From positions 64,001-128,000 of the forward strand of contig CANMWZ010000001.1 in assembly GCA_947501605.1 (NCBI GenBank): DNA of 64,000 bases. Direction: 5' to 3'. The translations under genes and the position numbers were made by a program. This document shows positions 9,625-19,171 of this stretch, one piece after another; position 1 is the stretch's first letter, and every line of letters begins with the position of its first letter. The notes beneath the pieces are model-generated. The model did not search any database and was not told the origin of the DNA. It was given only the letters and a program-made list of their open reading frames with translations. Source of the stretch: Planctomycetota bacterium (GTDB lineage: Bacteria > Planctomycetota > UBA1135 > UBA2386).

Positions 9625-10650
9625 ATGCGCGCTCCCTCAACTCCGCTCGCCATTCTTCTGGCTGCCCTGCTGTGGTCCACGGCACGCACGCAGACAACAC
9701 CGGCAACCGCGCCGCTTGCTCCGGCCACAGCCGTGCGGTTGGGCGTCTTCTTCTGGCACGACTCTCCCAACGACCAGATCACGTTTGCCGGCATCGAGAA
9801 CGGCTTTCAGGCCGCTGGCCGCGCGGTTCTGTTCGTCGAACGCCGCGCCAACGGCGACCGCGCGCGCGCGCAGCTCGCGTTGACTGAGTTGCGCGCCGCG
9901 GGCTGTCGCCTTTTGTTCGCCATGGGCACGCAAGCGGCGCTGCTGGCGCAGGAGCACGTGCCCGAGATCCCGCTCGTCTTCACTGCGGTCGCCAATCCTG
10001 TCGCCTCGGGAATCACCGCTGCGTGGACCGGCTCAGGCACTTCGGTCGCGGGCGCCAGTTACTGGATCGGGCCGGCGACTCTGGTGCCCGTGTTTCGCCT
10101 CGCAGTGCCCGGCCTGCAGCGCCTGGGCATGTTGCGCTCCGAGACCTCAGGGGTCGTAAGCCGCGCGGAACTCGAAGCGATGCGGGCGTGGATCCGCACG
10201 ACGCCGGGCACGGCGCTGCAGGTAGTCGAAGCAATCGCGCAGAACGACGATGATGTCGAACGCGCCGTCGCCGCCCTGCTGCAGCAAGGCGTGCAAGCGA
10301 TCTGGATCCCGAACGACTTCACCATCTACCAAAATCTGCATCTTGTAACGAAGCAGGCCACCGCCGCCCGCGTGCCGCTGGTCGCCACGGCGCTGGCCGC
10401 GGCGCGCAACGACGCCATCCTCGGGGCCACGGTGGACTTCGAGCTGCACGGCCGTCGCACCGCCGCGCTCGCGCTGCGCATCCTCGACGGCGAAGAGCCA
10501 GGAGCGCTGCCGGTCGACACGATGCATGGCTTCCGCATCCTCGTCAACGTCGACGCTGCGCGCCGAGCTGGTATCGAAGTGCCGCTGTCCTTGCTCGTGT
10601 TGGCCGACGAGTTGATCGCCGAGGAGACAACCGATGACCGCCCCCGCTGA
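9625..10650 (+). CDS. ABC_sub_bind-type periplasmic binding protein, overlapping the histidine kinase gene
   Basis: Signal peptide; IPLVFTAVANPVASG, ALRILDGEEPGALPV…LVNVDAARRAGI. Confidence 0.85.
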   Translation: MRAPSTPLAILLAALLWSTARTQTTPATAPLAPATAVRLGVFFWHDSPNDQITFAGIENGFQAAGRAVLFVERRANGDRARAQLALTELRAAGCRLLFAMGTQAALLAQEHVPEIPLVFTAVANPVASGITAAWTGSGTSVAGASYWIGPATLVPVFRLAVPGLQRLGMLRSETSGVVSRAELEAMRAWIRTTPGTALQVVEAIAQNDDDVERAVAALLQQGVQAIWIPNDFTIYQNLHLVTKQATAARVPLVATALAAARNDAILGATVDFELHGRRTAALALRILDGEEPGALPVDTMHGFRILVNVDAARRAGIEVPLSLLVLADELIAEETTDDRPR

Positions 10651-12091
10651 TCTCACACCGCGGGGCACGCACCTCGCCCAGAAGTTGTTGTTCGCCGTGC
10701 TGGCGTTGTCCGTGCTGCTGCTGGTTGTCTTGTGGAGCTTTGTCGGGCCATCGCTCTCGACTTCGTTCCGCGACCGCAGCGATGCACTCGTGCAACACAG
10801 CATCACGGCGATGCGCGAACTGGCGACGCGTCACGCCACGCAACATCGCGATCTGCAGAAGGAACTCGTCGGCCACACCACCGACGCGCGGCGACGGGCG
10901 CTGCTCGACCTGCCGTTTTCGTTGTACCGCGAGCCCGAACAACTCCGCGCCGCGATCGAACGCGACGACCAAGACCGCGCCGAGCGCGTCCACCGCAACC
11001 TAGCTGTGTTGTCCCTCGAGACCGAGCGTCGCGCTGGCACCCAGATCCAAGCCGTGCTCGAGGACCTCCAGTACGAACAGGAGCGGCTGGCCGAGACCTT
11101 TGCCGTGCAGTTGCGCACGATGCACGCCGAACTCTGTGCGCTGTTTCTCGCGGCAGCAGTGGTCGTGCTGGGTCTTGGCCTGCACCGCCTCGTCGTGCGC
11201 CCGGTGCAGCAGCTCCGTGCCGCCACCCGCCGCGTCGCCGCTGGTGACCTCGCAACCTCGGTCTCGGTGCAGAGCCAAGACGAGATCGGCGCCCTGGCGC
11301 AGGACTTCTCGACGATGCTGCAGCAACTGCGGTCGTCGCGCAGCGCCCTCGCGGACCTCAACACCAACCTGGAAGCCCAGGTGGCCCAGAAGACGCACGA
11401 ACTCGCCCAGGCGGCAAAGATGGCTTCGCTCGGCACCCTCGCCGGCGGCCTCGCGCACGAGTTTCACAATTTGATCGGCGGGATCCGTGGTTGTGCCCGA
11501 GACGTGCGCGCCGACGAGACCGATGCGGCCACACAAGAGACCCTCGACGTCATCCTGCGCGCGACCGACCGCGCCACTGCGATCGTCCATCAGCTGCAGC
11601 GCTTCGCCAAGCAGGACAAACGCCAGTTTGCACGCATGGCACTCGACCAAGTTGCCGCGGACGCGCTGCTCCTGCTCGAACCAGAGGCTCGCCGCCGCAG
11701 GGTCACGGTGCACCGCTCGCTCGACGCGAACTTGCCGGTGCTTGGCGACGAAGACGCACTGCACCAAGTCGTCGTCAACCTTGTGACCAATGCACTACAG
11801 GCGATGCCGCACGGGGGCGAACTGCGCGTGCACGGTCGCATCGACGGCGACCGCGTCGAGCTGCTCGTGGCTGACACCGGGTGTGGCATCGACGCAGCCG
11901 ACATGCCGCGCATCTTCGAGCCGTTCTTCACGCGCCGCGCCGACGCCCAAGATCCGCTGCAGCGCGGGACCGGACTGGGACTGTCCGTGACCTACGGCAT
12001 CGTCGAGGCGCATGGCGGTTCGATCGCGGTGCAAAGCACGGTCTCGATGGGTTCCACGTTCACGCTCCGCGTGCCACTGGCGACGAGTTGA
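10634..12091 (+). CDS. Membrane sensor histidine kinase (HAMP-HisKA-HATPase)
   Basis: Two TMs, HAMP (RP…DEIGALA), H-box AHEFHN, N-box NLVTNA, DTGCGI, GTGLGL. Confidence 0.95.
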   Translation: MTAPADLTPRGTHLAQKLLFAVLALSVLLLVVLWSFVGPSLSTSFRDRSDALVQHSITAMRELATRHATQHRDLQKELVGHTTDARRRALLDLPFSLYREPEQLRAAIERDDQDRAERVHRNLAVLSLETERRAGTQIQAVLEDLQYEQERLAETFAVQLRTMHAELCALFLAAAVVVLGLGLHRLVVRPVQQLRAATRRVAAGDLATSVSVQSQDEIGALAQDFSTMLQQLRSSRSALADLNTNLEAQVAQKTHELAQAAKMASLGTLAGGLAHEFHNLIGGIRGCARDVRADETDAATQETLDVILRATDRATAIVHQLQRFAKQDKRQFARMALDQVAADALLLLEPEARRRRVTVHRSLDANLPVLGDEDALHQVVVNLVTNALQAMPHGGELRVHGRIDGDRVELLVADTGCGIDAADMPRIFEPFFTRRADAQDPLQRGTGLGLSVTYGIVEAHGGSIAVQSTVSMGSTFTLRVPLATS

Positions 12092-12235
12092 GCCGCCGCC
12101 ACAGAGCCGCCGCTTTTGCCGACGCGGGCATTGGCTCGACGTGGTTTCCCAGTGGACTTCGAGGCCGGCTGCAGCCGCTGGCGCTTTCAAAAAACTCCTT
12201 CTAGAGTCGGCGCCTCACCGAACCGTCGAGGTCCC

Positions 12236-12685
12236 ATGCACCCATCGTTCCGCCTCTCGTTCGTCGCCGCTCTTGTCCTCGCCGCATGCTCGTCCAACAC
12301 GCCCGACCCGTCGCCGACATCGCCCTCGGCGACGAAGCCGCTGGCGCCGTCGCTACCCAAAGATCTGAAGGCTGGCATGAAGGCCATCGAGGAACCATGG
12401 AAGGTGCTCGAAGAGGGCCAGAAGCAGAGCGAGGGTCTGGACCTTGCCGCGATGGCCACTGCCGCCGACGCCTGTGCGTTTGCGATGCACCTCGCCTACG
12501 ACCCGTATGAGGACAAGGAAGTGCCCAACTTCGCGCAGTTCGCGCGCGAGGCCGAAGCGGCGCTGCAGAAGATGGCCGCGGCAGCGCGCGCCGGTCGCGC
12601 CGCAGCCGTGCGCGAACTCGGCAAGAGCTTGCAGGAACAACATTGCGCTCGCTGCCATGACGCCGTCGAGGAAGCGCGCGGCTGA
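12236..12685 (+). CDS. Monoheme cytochrome c'-like lipoprotein
   Basis: Lipobox LAAC, helical sequence, C-terminal CARCH heme site (class II placement). Confidence 0.75.
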   Translation: MHPSFRLSFVAALVLAACSSNTPDPSPTSPSATKPLAPSLPKDLKAGMKAIEEPWKVLEEGQKQSEGLDLAAMATAADACAFAMHLAYDPYEDKEVPNFAQFAREAEAALQKMAAAARAGRAAAVRELGKSLQEQHCARCHDAVEEARG

Positions 12686-12937
12686 GCTGGCAACACGGCG
12701 CTCGCGATGCGCCGCCCTGGGCGAACTGCATGCCGGCGGCGCAACGCTGCAGCGCGGCCGCAGCGTGCAGCCACGCACTGTGCCGCAAGCGGCCATCTCG
12801 CACGACCACCTGTCGCATCGGTACGACACCGCAGTCGATGCGCGGAACAAGCGCGCCCCGCCATCGTGGCGCGGCCGGTCGCGGGCCGCCTGCTTCAGCT
12901 TCCGCGGCGCGGCGGAGCGGTTAGGCTCCGCGGCCCG

Positions 12938-14377
12938 ATGACCAGCGCCCCGCCCGCCTTGCCCGCAGTCCTCGTCGTCGATGACGAGGAGACGATGCGA
13001 CACTTCCTGTCGCGGGGGCTGAAACGCCTCGGCTTCGAGGTCGAGACGGCAGTCGATGGCCAAGCGGCACTCGACACGCTGGCACAGCGGCGCTTTGCGG
13101 CCGTCGCCCTCGATCTACGCATGCCAGGGCTTGACGGTCTCGCCGTGCTGGCACGGATCAAGGCGCTCGACCCGAGCGTGATCGTGCTGCTGATGACGGC
13201 ACACGGCAACGTCGCCCATGCCGTCGAGGCGATGAAGCTTGGCGCTGCCGACTTCTTGCAGAAGCCGTTCGAACTCGACGAGTTGCGACTCCGCCTCGAG
13301 CGGGCGCTGGCGCTGCAGGATGTGCTCCGCGACAACGAGGAACTGCGGCGCAGCGTCGACCGGCCCGTGGGCCCGGATCTCGTCACCAACAGTGCGGCCA
13401 TGCGCGCCCTGCAGTCCGAGATCTCGCTGCTCGCGAAGAGCCGCGCGACCGTGCTCCTGACCGGCGAGTCCGGCACCGGCAAGACGCTGCTCGCGCGCGC
13501 ACTGCACCAGAGCTCGCCGCAGAAAGATGGTCCGTTCGTCGTCGTCAACTGCCCGGCGATTCCGGAGACGCTGTTTGAATCGACGCTGTTCGGGCACGAG
13601 GCCGGCGCCTTCACCGGGGCGCTGCAACAGAAGGCAGGCCTGTGCGCGCGCGCGGAGGGCGGCACGTTGTTCTTCGACGAGCTGGCCGAACTCAGCCTCG
13701 CGGCACAAGCGAAGCTGGAGCGCTTCCTGCAAGATCGCGAGTTCACCCCGCTCGGTGGCAGCAAGCCGCTGACCGCAACGCTGCGTGTGCTGGCAGCGAC
13801 CAACCGCGACCTGGAAGCGATGGCGCAGCAGGGCACCTTTCGGCCCGAACTGCTGTGGCGGCTCAAGGTCGTCCAACTGCGAGTGCCGTCGCTGCGCCAA
13901 CGCCGCGAGGACATCCCGATGCTCGTGCTGCGGCGGCTGGCGAGTCTGCGGGCGCACTCGGGGCGAGGCCCGCAGACCATGACCGCCGAGGCTTTGGCAG
14001 CCATTTCGGCCTACGACTGGCCCGGCAACGTTCGCGAACTGGAGAACCTGACCGAACGCATGACCGTGATGGCCGGCGATCGCGACCTGCTCGGCAGCGG
14101 GGACCTCCCAGCCGAGATTCGCGGGCTCGCACCGCTCGACGACCCCGGTGACTACGAAGCAGCGCGGCGGCGGTTTGATCAAGCCTACTTCAGTTCCCTG
14201 CTGGTCCGGGCTGGCGGCAACGTCACCGAAGCGGCCCGGCTCGGCGGTCTGTCGCGCGGCCATCTGCACCGACGGCTGCGCGAACTCCAGATCGAGGCCG
14301 GTGCAGCTCGGCACCTGGGACTCCCCTCGATGGAAAGCCCGTCGAGCGACACCGCTGCCGACCCGGCGCGCGAATAG
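12938..14377 (+). CDS. Sigma54-dependent response regulator (NtrC family)
   Basis: REC (VVDDE, DLRMP, KPF), GESGTGKT, GAFTGA, FFDE, WPGNVREL, Fis-type HTH. Confidence 0.95.
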   Translation: MTSAPPALPAVLVVDDEETMRHFLSRGLKRLGFEVETAVDGQAALDTLAQRRFAAVALDLRMPGLDGLAVLARIKALDPSVIVLLMTAHGNVAHAVEAMKLGAADFLQKPFELDELRLRLERALALQDVLRDNEELRRSVDRPVGPDLVTNSAAMRALQSEISLLAKSRATVLLTGESGTGKTLLARALHQSSPQKDGPFVVVNCPAIPETLFESTLFGHEAGAFTGALQQKAGLCARAEGGTLFFDELAELSLAAQAKLERFLQDREFTPLGGSKPLTATLRVLAATNRDLEAMAQQGTFRPELLWRLKVVQLRVPSLRQRREDIPMLVLRRLASLRAHSGRGPQTMTAEALAAISAYDWPGNVRELENLTERMTVMAGDRDLLGSGDLPAEIRGLAPLDDPGDYEAARRRFDQAYFSSLLVRAGGNVTEAARLGGLSRGHLHRRLRELQIEAGAARHLGLPSMESPSSDTAADPARE

Positions 14378-14408
14378 CACCCCACCGTTCGCCGCGTGAC
14401 TTCGGCAG

Positions 14409-14424
14409 CGGCACACCCATTGCT
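14409..14424 (+). promoter_or_regulatory. Putative sigma54 -24/-12 promoter
   Basis: CGGCAC-ACCCA-TTGCT, with exact GG-N10-GC spacing (GG 14410-11, GC 14422-23), directly after the sigma54 activator gene. Confidence 0.6.
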
Positions 14425-14438
14425 CAGGGCCGAGCCTC

Positions 14439-15425
14439 ATGCGCCACAAGACCCCTCGATTCCGGCCGTCCGCACCGCCAGCGCTGCTGCTGGGCCTTGT
14501 TCTGGTCGGGTGCGCCGCCGCAGGCAAGCAGGCCGAACTGACGGCTCCCCCGATCGCGCACTCCGACCAGCCGCTGGTGCTGCCCGGGATCGAGTCCAAG
14601 AAGGCGGCAGACCTCCCCGGCCTCCACAATGTGGTCGCCTACGCCGACGGTCTCTTGAGCGGCGCAGTGCCCGAGGGCGAGGCGGGGTTCGCGTCGCTGC
14701 AGGCCTTGGGGATCCACACCGTGGTCTCGGTCGACGGCGCTAGGCCCGACGTCGAGACCGCCACGCGCCACGGCATCCGCTACATCCACCTGCCGATCAG
14801 CTACGACACGGTGCCCGAGCTGCGGGCCCTGCAGCTGGCGCAGGTCGTCACCAACACCGAGGGCACGCTCTATGTGCACTGCCATCACGGCAAGCACCGC
14901 AGCGCCGCCGCGGTCGCCACCGCCGCCGTCACCGCCGGCCGGACGACGCCAACCGCCGCCGCCGAGCGCATGAAGATCTCCGGCACGACCCCCGCCTACA
15001 CCGGCTTGTGGTCCGCCGTTCGTAACGCTCGACCTGCCCCGCCCGCCGCCCTCGAGTGCGACCTCGCCACGCTGCCCTCGGTCGCGACGGTCAGTGGCAT
15101 GGTCGCGACAATGGCCGAACTCGACCTCGTCTTCGACCTGGTGAAGATCGCGAAGGAGAATCAATGGCAGGCGCCGTCCTTCCATCCCGACCTCGTCGCG
15201 CCGAAGGAGACGAGCCGCATGCGCGACCTGTTCTCGCAACTGCGGCACGACAAGGACTCGCTACTCCTCAGCGCTGACTACCAGGAGCGACTCCTGCGCG
15301 TGATCGACGAAACCACCAAACTCGACACCGCGGTTCGCGACGGGGATGCTGCTGCGGCCAACACGTGGTTCGACGCAGTCGGCAAGAGCTGCAAGGAATG
15401 CCACAAACCCTACCGGGACCAGTAA
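14439..15425 (+). CDS. Lipoprotein: Cys-based phosphatase-fold (CX5R) domain fused to cytochrome c'-like domain
   Basis: Lipobox LVGC; YVHCHHGKHRS (CX5R); C-terminal SCKECHKPYR. Confidence 0.85.
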   Translation: MRHKTPRFRPSAPPALLLGLVLVGCAAAGKQAELTAPPIAHSDQPLVLPGIESKKAADLPGLHNVVAYADGLLSGAVPEGEAGFASLQALGIHTVVSVDGARPDVETATRHGIRYIHLPISYDTVPELRALQLAQVVTNTEGTLYVHCHHGKHRSAAAVATAAVTAGRTTPTAAAERMKISGTTPAYTGLWSAVRNARPAPPAALECDLATLPSVATVSGMVATMAELDLVFDLVKIAKENQWQAPSFHPDLVAPKETSRMRDLFSQLRHDKDSLLLSADYQERLLRVIDETTKLDTAVRDGDAAAANTWFDAVGKSCKECHKPYRDQ

Positions 15426-15435
15426 GCGGATACCC

Positions 15436-16473
15436 ATGCGCCAAGCCCACACCTCTGCGTTCGTGCTCGCCACCCTCGTCCTCCTCAGTTTCTCCAGCTG
15501 CACTCGCGACCCAGCACCGTCTGGCCCGACGATCTACTGTTCGCTCGATGAACAGTTCAGCCGACCGCTGATCGAGCAGTTCGCCAAGGAGCTCGGAGTC
15601 ACGATTCAGGCCCGCTACGACACCGAAGCGGCCAAGACCGTCGGCCTCGTCAGTGCGATCCGCGAGGAGCGCGGCCATCCGCGCGCCTCGGTGTTCTGGA
15701 ACAACGAACTCGCGCACACCGTGAGCCTTGCGCAAGAGGGACTGCTCGAGCCTTACGTGTCCGCAAACGCTGCCGATGTTCCGGCGCAGTTCCGCGACCC
15801 CAATGGCTGTTGGACTGGGTTCGCCGCAAGAGCCCGGATCCTGGTGGTCAACACCCAACTGTTGCCGGATCGCAAGGACTGGCCGACGAGCTACAAGGAC
15901 CTGACGGATCCCAAGTGGAAGGGGCGGTGCGCCGTCGCGCGCCCGTTGACGGGAACGACGCTCACGCACTTCACGGCGCTGAAGAAGGCGCTCGGCGACG
16001 AGGCCTTCGAGCAGTTCTTCCAAGGCATGTTGGCCAACGACGTCAAGTTCTTGGCCAGCAACAGCGCCACTCTGCGTGAGACCGCGGCCGGCAGCGTGGC
16101 GTGGGCCTTCAGCGACACGGACGACTTCCATGTCGGCAAGTTGCGCGGCCAACCGATCGCTTGCGTGTTCCCGGACCAGGGTGCGGGCGAACTCGGCACG
16201 ATGCTGATCCCGAACTCGGTTGGTTTGGTCAAGGGCGGCCCGGACCAAGCCAACGCCAAGAAGCTGATCGACAAGATCCTCGCGCTCTCGACCGAAGGGC
16301 TGTTGGCCGCCGCAGAGAGCGCGCAGATCCCGCTTCGAGCCTCGGTAGATGGGCCGGGAGACGCCGACATCCTGCCGCTATCCGGCTTCCGCGCGATGGC
16401 GTGGGACATCGAATGGACGGCGCAGAACCTCTCGCGTTGCAACCAGGACTTCGGCAAGCGCTTCGGCCTTTGA
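15436..16473 (+). CDS. Fe3+-type ABC transporter substrate-binding protein (AfuA/FbpA-like)
   Basis: IYCSLD, PRASVFWNNE, GLLEPY, DLTDPKWKG, AKKLID; first gene of an ABC triad. Substrate inferred. Confidence 0.85.
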   Translation: MRQAHTSAFVLATLVLLSFSSCTRDPAPSGPTIYCSLDEQFSRPLIEQFAKELGVTIQARYDTEAAKTVGLVSAIREERGHPRASVFWNNELAHTVSLAQEGLLEPYVSANAADVPAQFRDPNGCWTGFAARARILVVNTQLLPDRKDWPTSYKDLTDPKWKGRCAVARPLTGTTLTHFTALKKALGDEAFEQFFQGMLANDVKFLASNSATLRETAAGSVAWAFSDTDDFHVGKLRGQPIACVFPDQGAGELGTMLIPNSVGLVKGGPDQANAKKLIDKILALSTEGLLAAAESAQIPLRASVDGPGDADILPLSGFRAMAWDIEWTAQNLSRCNQDFGKRFGL

Positions 16474-16502
16474 GTCCGCTCCGATCCTGACCCGGACTGA
16501 CC

Positions 16503-18131
16503 ATGATGTCCCGCACCGGCAGACACGGCCTCGTCGCAGAACTCGGGGCCCGCACGCCGATTTGGATTGCCGGCGCCTTCCTGGTCGTGTTCGTAGCGAT
16601 CCCGCTGCTGCTGCTGCTGTGGCAGACCGTCGCGTCGCCGGGCGGCCTGTCGCTGAGCGCGTGGCGGGAACTGCTGGCTGACGAGCGGGATGTCCAGCGC
16701 CTATTCGCGTCGTTGCGCCTCGGGCTCGCGGCAATGGCGGTCTCGGTGGCGCTCGGACTCGGGCACACTTGGTGCTCGCTCGGCCGCGACCTTCCGGGTG
16801 GCGCTTGGCTCGCCCCTCTCGGCATTGCCCCACTCGTGGTGCCGCCGATCTTCGTCGCGATGGGCTTTGCCGACCTGATGCCGGTCTCGGGCTTCTGGCC
16901 CTGCGCGCTGCTCCTCGGTGTTGCCCACGCCCCCTTCGTCGCGGTACTCGCCGCTCGCGGACTGCGCGCCGTCGACGGCCGCGGCTACGAGTCGGCACTG
17001 CTGCTCCGTGGACGCGGGCGCGCCGAACTGTGGCTTGCACGCGCGATCCTGCCCGAGCTGCTTGCCGGCTGCCTGCTCGCCTTCTTGTTCACCGTCGCCG
17101 AACACGGCGTGCCCGAGTTCTTGACCGTCAAGGGCAAGACATGGCACACCTATGCTGAGGGCATCTACTCACGCTGGACGCGCCGAGCAACAGGCGTGAC
17201 CTTCGCCGACCAGCAGAGTCCGATCATCGCCTCGGTGCCGTTGGTTGCAGCATTGCTGACCATGCTCTGGCTGACGCTGCGGCTGCGGGCCCACGCCCAG
17301 GACCGCGCCGTACAGCAACCGCTGCCGCTGCGACCACTGGGTATCTGGCGCGTGCCCGCCTTGCTCGTGCCGGCGCTGTACCTCGGTGCCGGGCTCGTCA
17401 TGCCGATCGTGGTGCTGGTGCGGTGGACGCTCGGCTCGGCGCAGAAGGTCGACCCGATGTCGATCGCATTCGCGCAGAAGAGCTTCCAGAAGGCCATGGA
17501 CCAAGGGCTGCCGGACCTCATGCACTCCCTCTGGCTCGCCGCTGGCACAGCACTCGTCGTCTCGCTGCTGGCGTTGCCGCTGGCGCGCAGAGCGGGCCGC
17601 GGCAACCGCGCGTTGGAGGTACTCTGCGCGTTGCCACTGGCAGCGCCGGCAATCTTGTTGGGCATCGGCCTCGTGCTGACCTTCAACAGCGGGCCGCTCG
17701 CAGAACTGTTCGGCTTCTCCTTCTACGACGGCTGGGGGTTTGCTCTGTGCGGCTACGCGGCGCGCTTCCTGCCGTTTGCGGTGCTGACTTTGGCTGCACA
17801 GGTGCGCCGCGTTCCGATCGGCTCCGACGATGCCGCCCGCTTGCTGCCGCGCTCGCGCTTGGCTCGCGCCGTGTACATCCACCTGCCGCCGCTATTGCCG
17901 GCATCGTGGTCGGCAGCCGTGCTGGTGTTCGTGCTGGCGCTGCGCGAACTCGACCTCGCCGTGCTGTTGCCCGCCGCCAACGCAACGGCGGTCCGCCGCC
18001 TAGCAAACGCCGTGCACTTTCAGCACGAGGACTGGAGCGGTGTCATCGCGCTGCTCTTGCTCACTGCCGCTGTGCTGCTGCCCTTGCTCCCTTCCTTGAT
18101 CGCCGGCCGCCGGCTCCAGTCCCTCTCGTGA
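16503..18131 (+). CDS. ABC transporter permease (FbpB-like, duplicated TM module)
   Basis: Many TMs with two EAA-like loops (YESALLLRG, DDAARLL). Confidence 0.9.
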   Translation: MMSRTGRHGLVAELGARTPIWIAGAFLVVFVAIPLLLLLWQTVASPGGLSLSAWRELLADERDVQRLFASLRLGLAAMAVSVALGLGHTWCSLGRDLPGGAWLAPLGIAPLVVPPIFVAMGFADLMPVSGFWPCALLLGVAHAPFVAVLAARGLRAVDGRGYESALLLRGRGRAELWLARAILPELLAGCLLAFLFTVAEHGVPEFLTVKGKTWHTYAEGIYSRWTRRATGVTFADQQSPIIASVPLVAALLTMLWLTLRLRAHAQDRAVQQPLPLRPLGIWRVPALLVPALYLGAGLVMPIVVLVRWTLGSAQKVDPMSIAFAQKSFQKAMDQGLPDLMHSLWLAAGTALVVSLLALPLARRAGRGNRALEVLCALPLAAPAILLGIGLVLTFNSGPLAELFGFSFYDGWGFALCGYAARFLPFAVLTLAAQVRRVPIGSDDAARLLPRSRLARAVYIHLPPLLPASWSAAVLVFVLALRELDLAVLLPAANATAVRRLANAVHFQHEDWSGVIALLLLTAAVLLPLLPSLIAGRRLQSLS

Positions 18132-19171
18132 CCTCCAATAACGCTGTCGATGTGCAGGATCTCGTGCTCGAGCGGGGCAGTTTCCGCTTGGGTCCGTGCA
18201 CGTTCCGAACCGCTGCCGGTGGTCGCCTCGCGATCGTCGGACCGTCGGGCTCCGGCAAGACCACACTGCTGCGGTGCCTCGCCGGCCTCGAACGTAAGCA
18301 CTCGGGAACGATCCGCATCGGCGGCGAAGTCATGCACTCCGAGGACCAGGACGTTGCCCCCAACGCGCGCGGCATCGGGCTCGTGTTTCAGGACGGCGCA
18401 CTGTGGCCGCACATGACCGCTTTGCAGCATCTGCGCTTTGCGGCTCCACACCTGGACGAGCGCGCCGCCAAAGCGCTGCTCGATCGCGGCGGCCTCCTCG
18501 CACTCGTACACCGCAAGTCGGGGGCGATGTCCGGCGGCGAAGCGCAGCGCCTCGGGCTGCTTCGCGCCATCGCGGCAAATCCGCGGCTACTGCTGCTCGA
18601 CGAGCCGCTTCGCTCCGTTGACGTTCACCAGCGCGATTCCCTGGTGTTGCTGCTGCGGGCTTTGTGCGACGAACGAGCGCTCACCAGCATTCTCGTGACG
18701 CACGACCGCGACGAGGCCCTGGCCCTGGCCAACGATCTGGTCGTCATGCGCGACGGCCGCATCGTCGAGCACGGTGCGTCGAGTGCATTGCTGACTTCGC
18801 CCAAGACGGCCTTCACGGCCGCGTTCCTGGCTTCGGCGGCGTGCCTGCCGGTCGAAGACGGCGGCAAGGGCATGGCCGCCACACCGTTTGGGCCAATGCC
18901 ATGCACCGGCGATGCGCGCACGCTGCGGCTCGTGCTGATGCCCGGCGACGTGCAGGCGACGCCCGTGACCGACACCTCCGCCCGGAGCACTCCGCGCGGC
19001 ACCGTGATTGCCTGCTTGCCGCAGGGTTCTACGTTCGTCGTGCGCGTTGCGTTCGGCGATCAGATCCTCCCTGCGATGGCGACCGCGAGCATCCGCGCCG
19101 GCGACGCCGCCGAACTTCACCTACAACAGCCTGCGCGCCTTTTGCCGTGGGACGCCCCTCCCTCACCATGA
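18128..19171 (+). CDS. ABC transporter ATP-binding protein (FbpC-like)
   Basis: GPSGSGKT, MSGGE, LLLDEP, VTHD; GTGA overlap with the permease. Confidence 0.95.
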   Translation: MTSNNAVDVQDLVLERGSFRLGPCTFRTAAGGRLAIVGPSGSGKTTLLRCLAGLERKHSGTIRIGGEVMHSEDQDVAPNARGIGLVFQDGALWPHMTALQHLRFAAPHLDERAAKALLDRGGLLALVHRKSGAMSGGEAQRLGLLRAIAANPRLLLLDEPLRSVDVHQRDSLVLLLRALCDERALTSILVTHDRDEALALANDLVVMRDGRIVEHGASSALLTSPKTAFTAAFLASAACLPVEDGGKGMAATPFGPMPCTGDARTLRLVLMPGDVQATPVTDTSARSTPRGTVIACLPQGSTFVVRVAFGDQILPAMATASIRAGDAAELHLQQPARLLPWDAPPSP

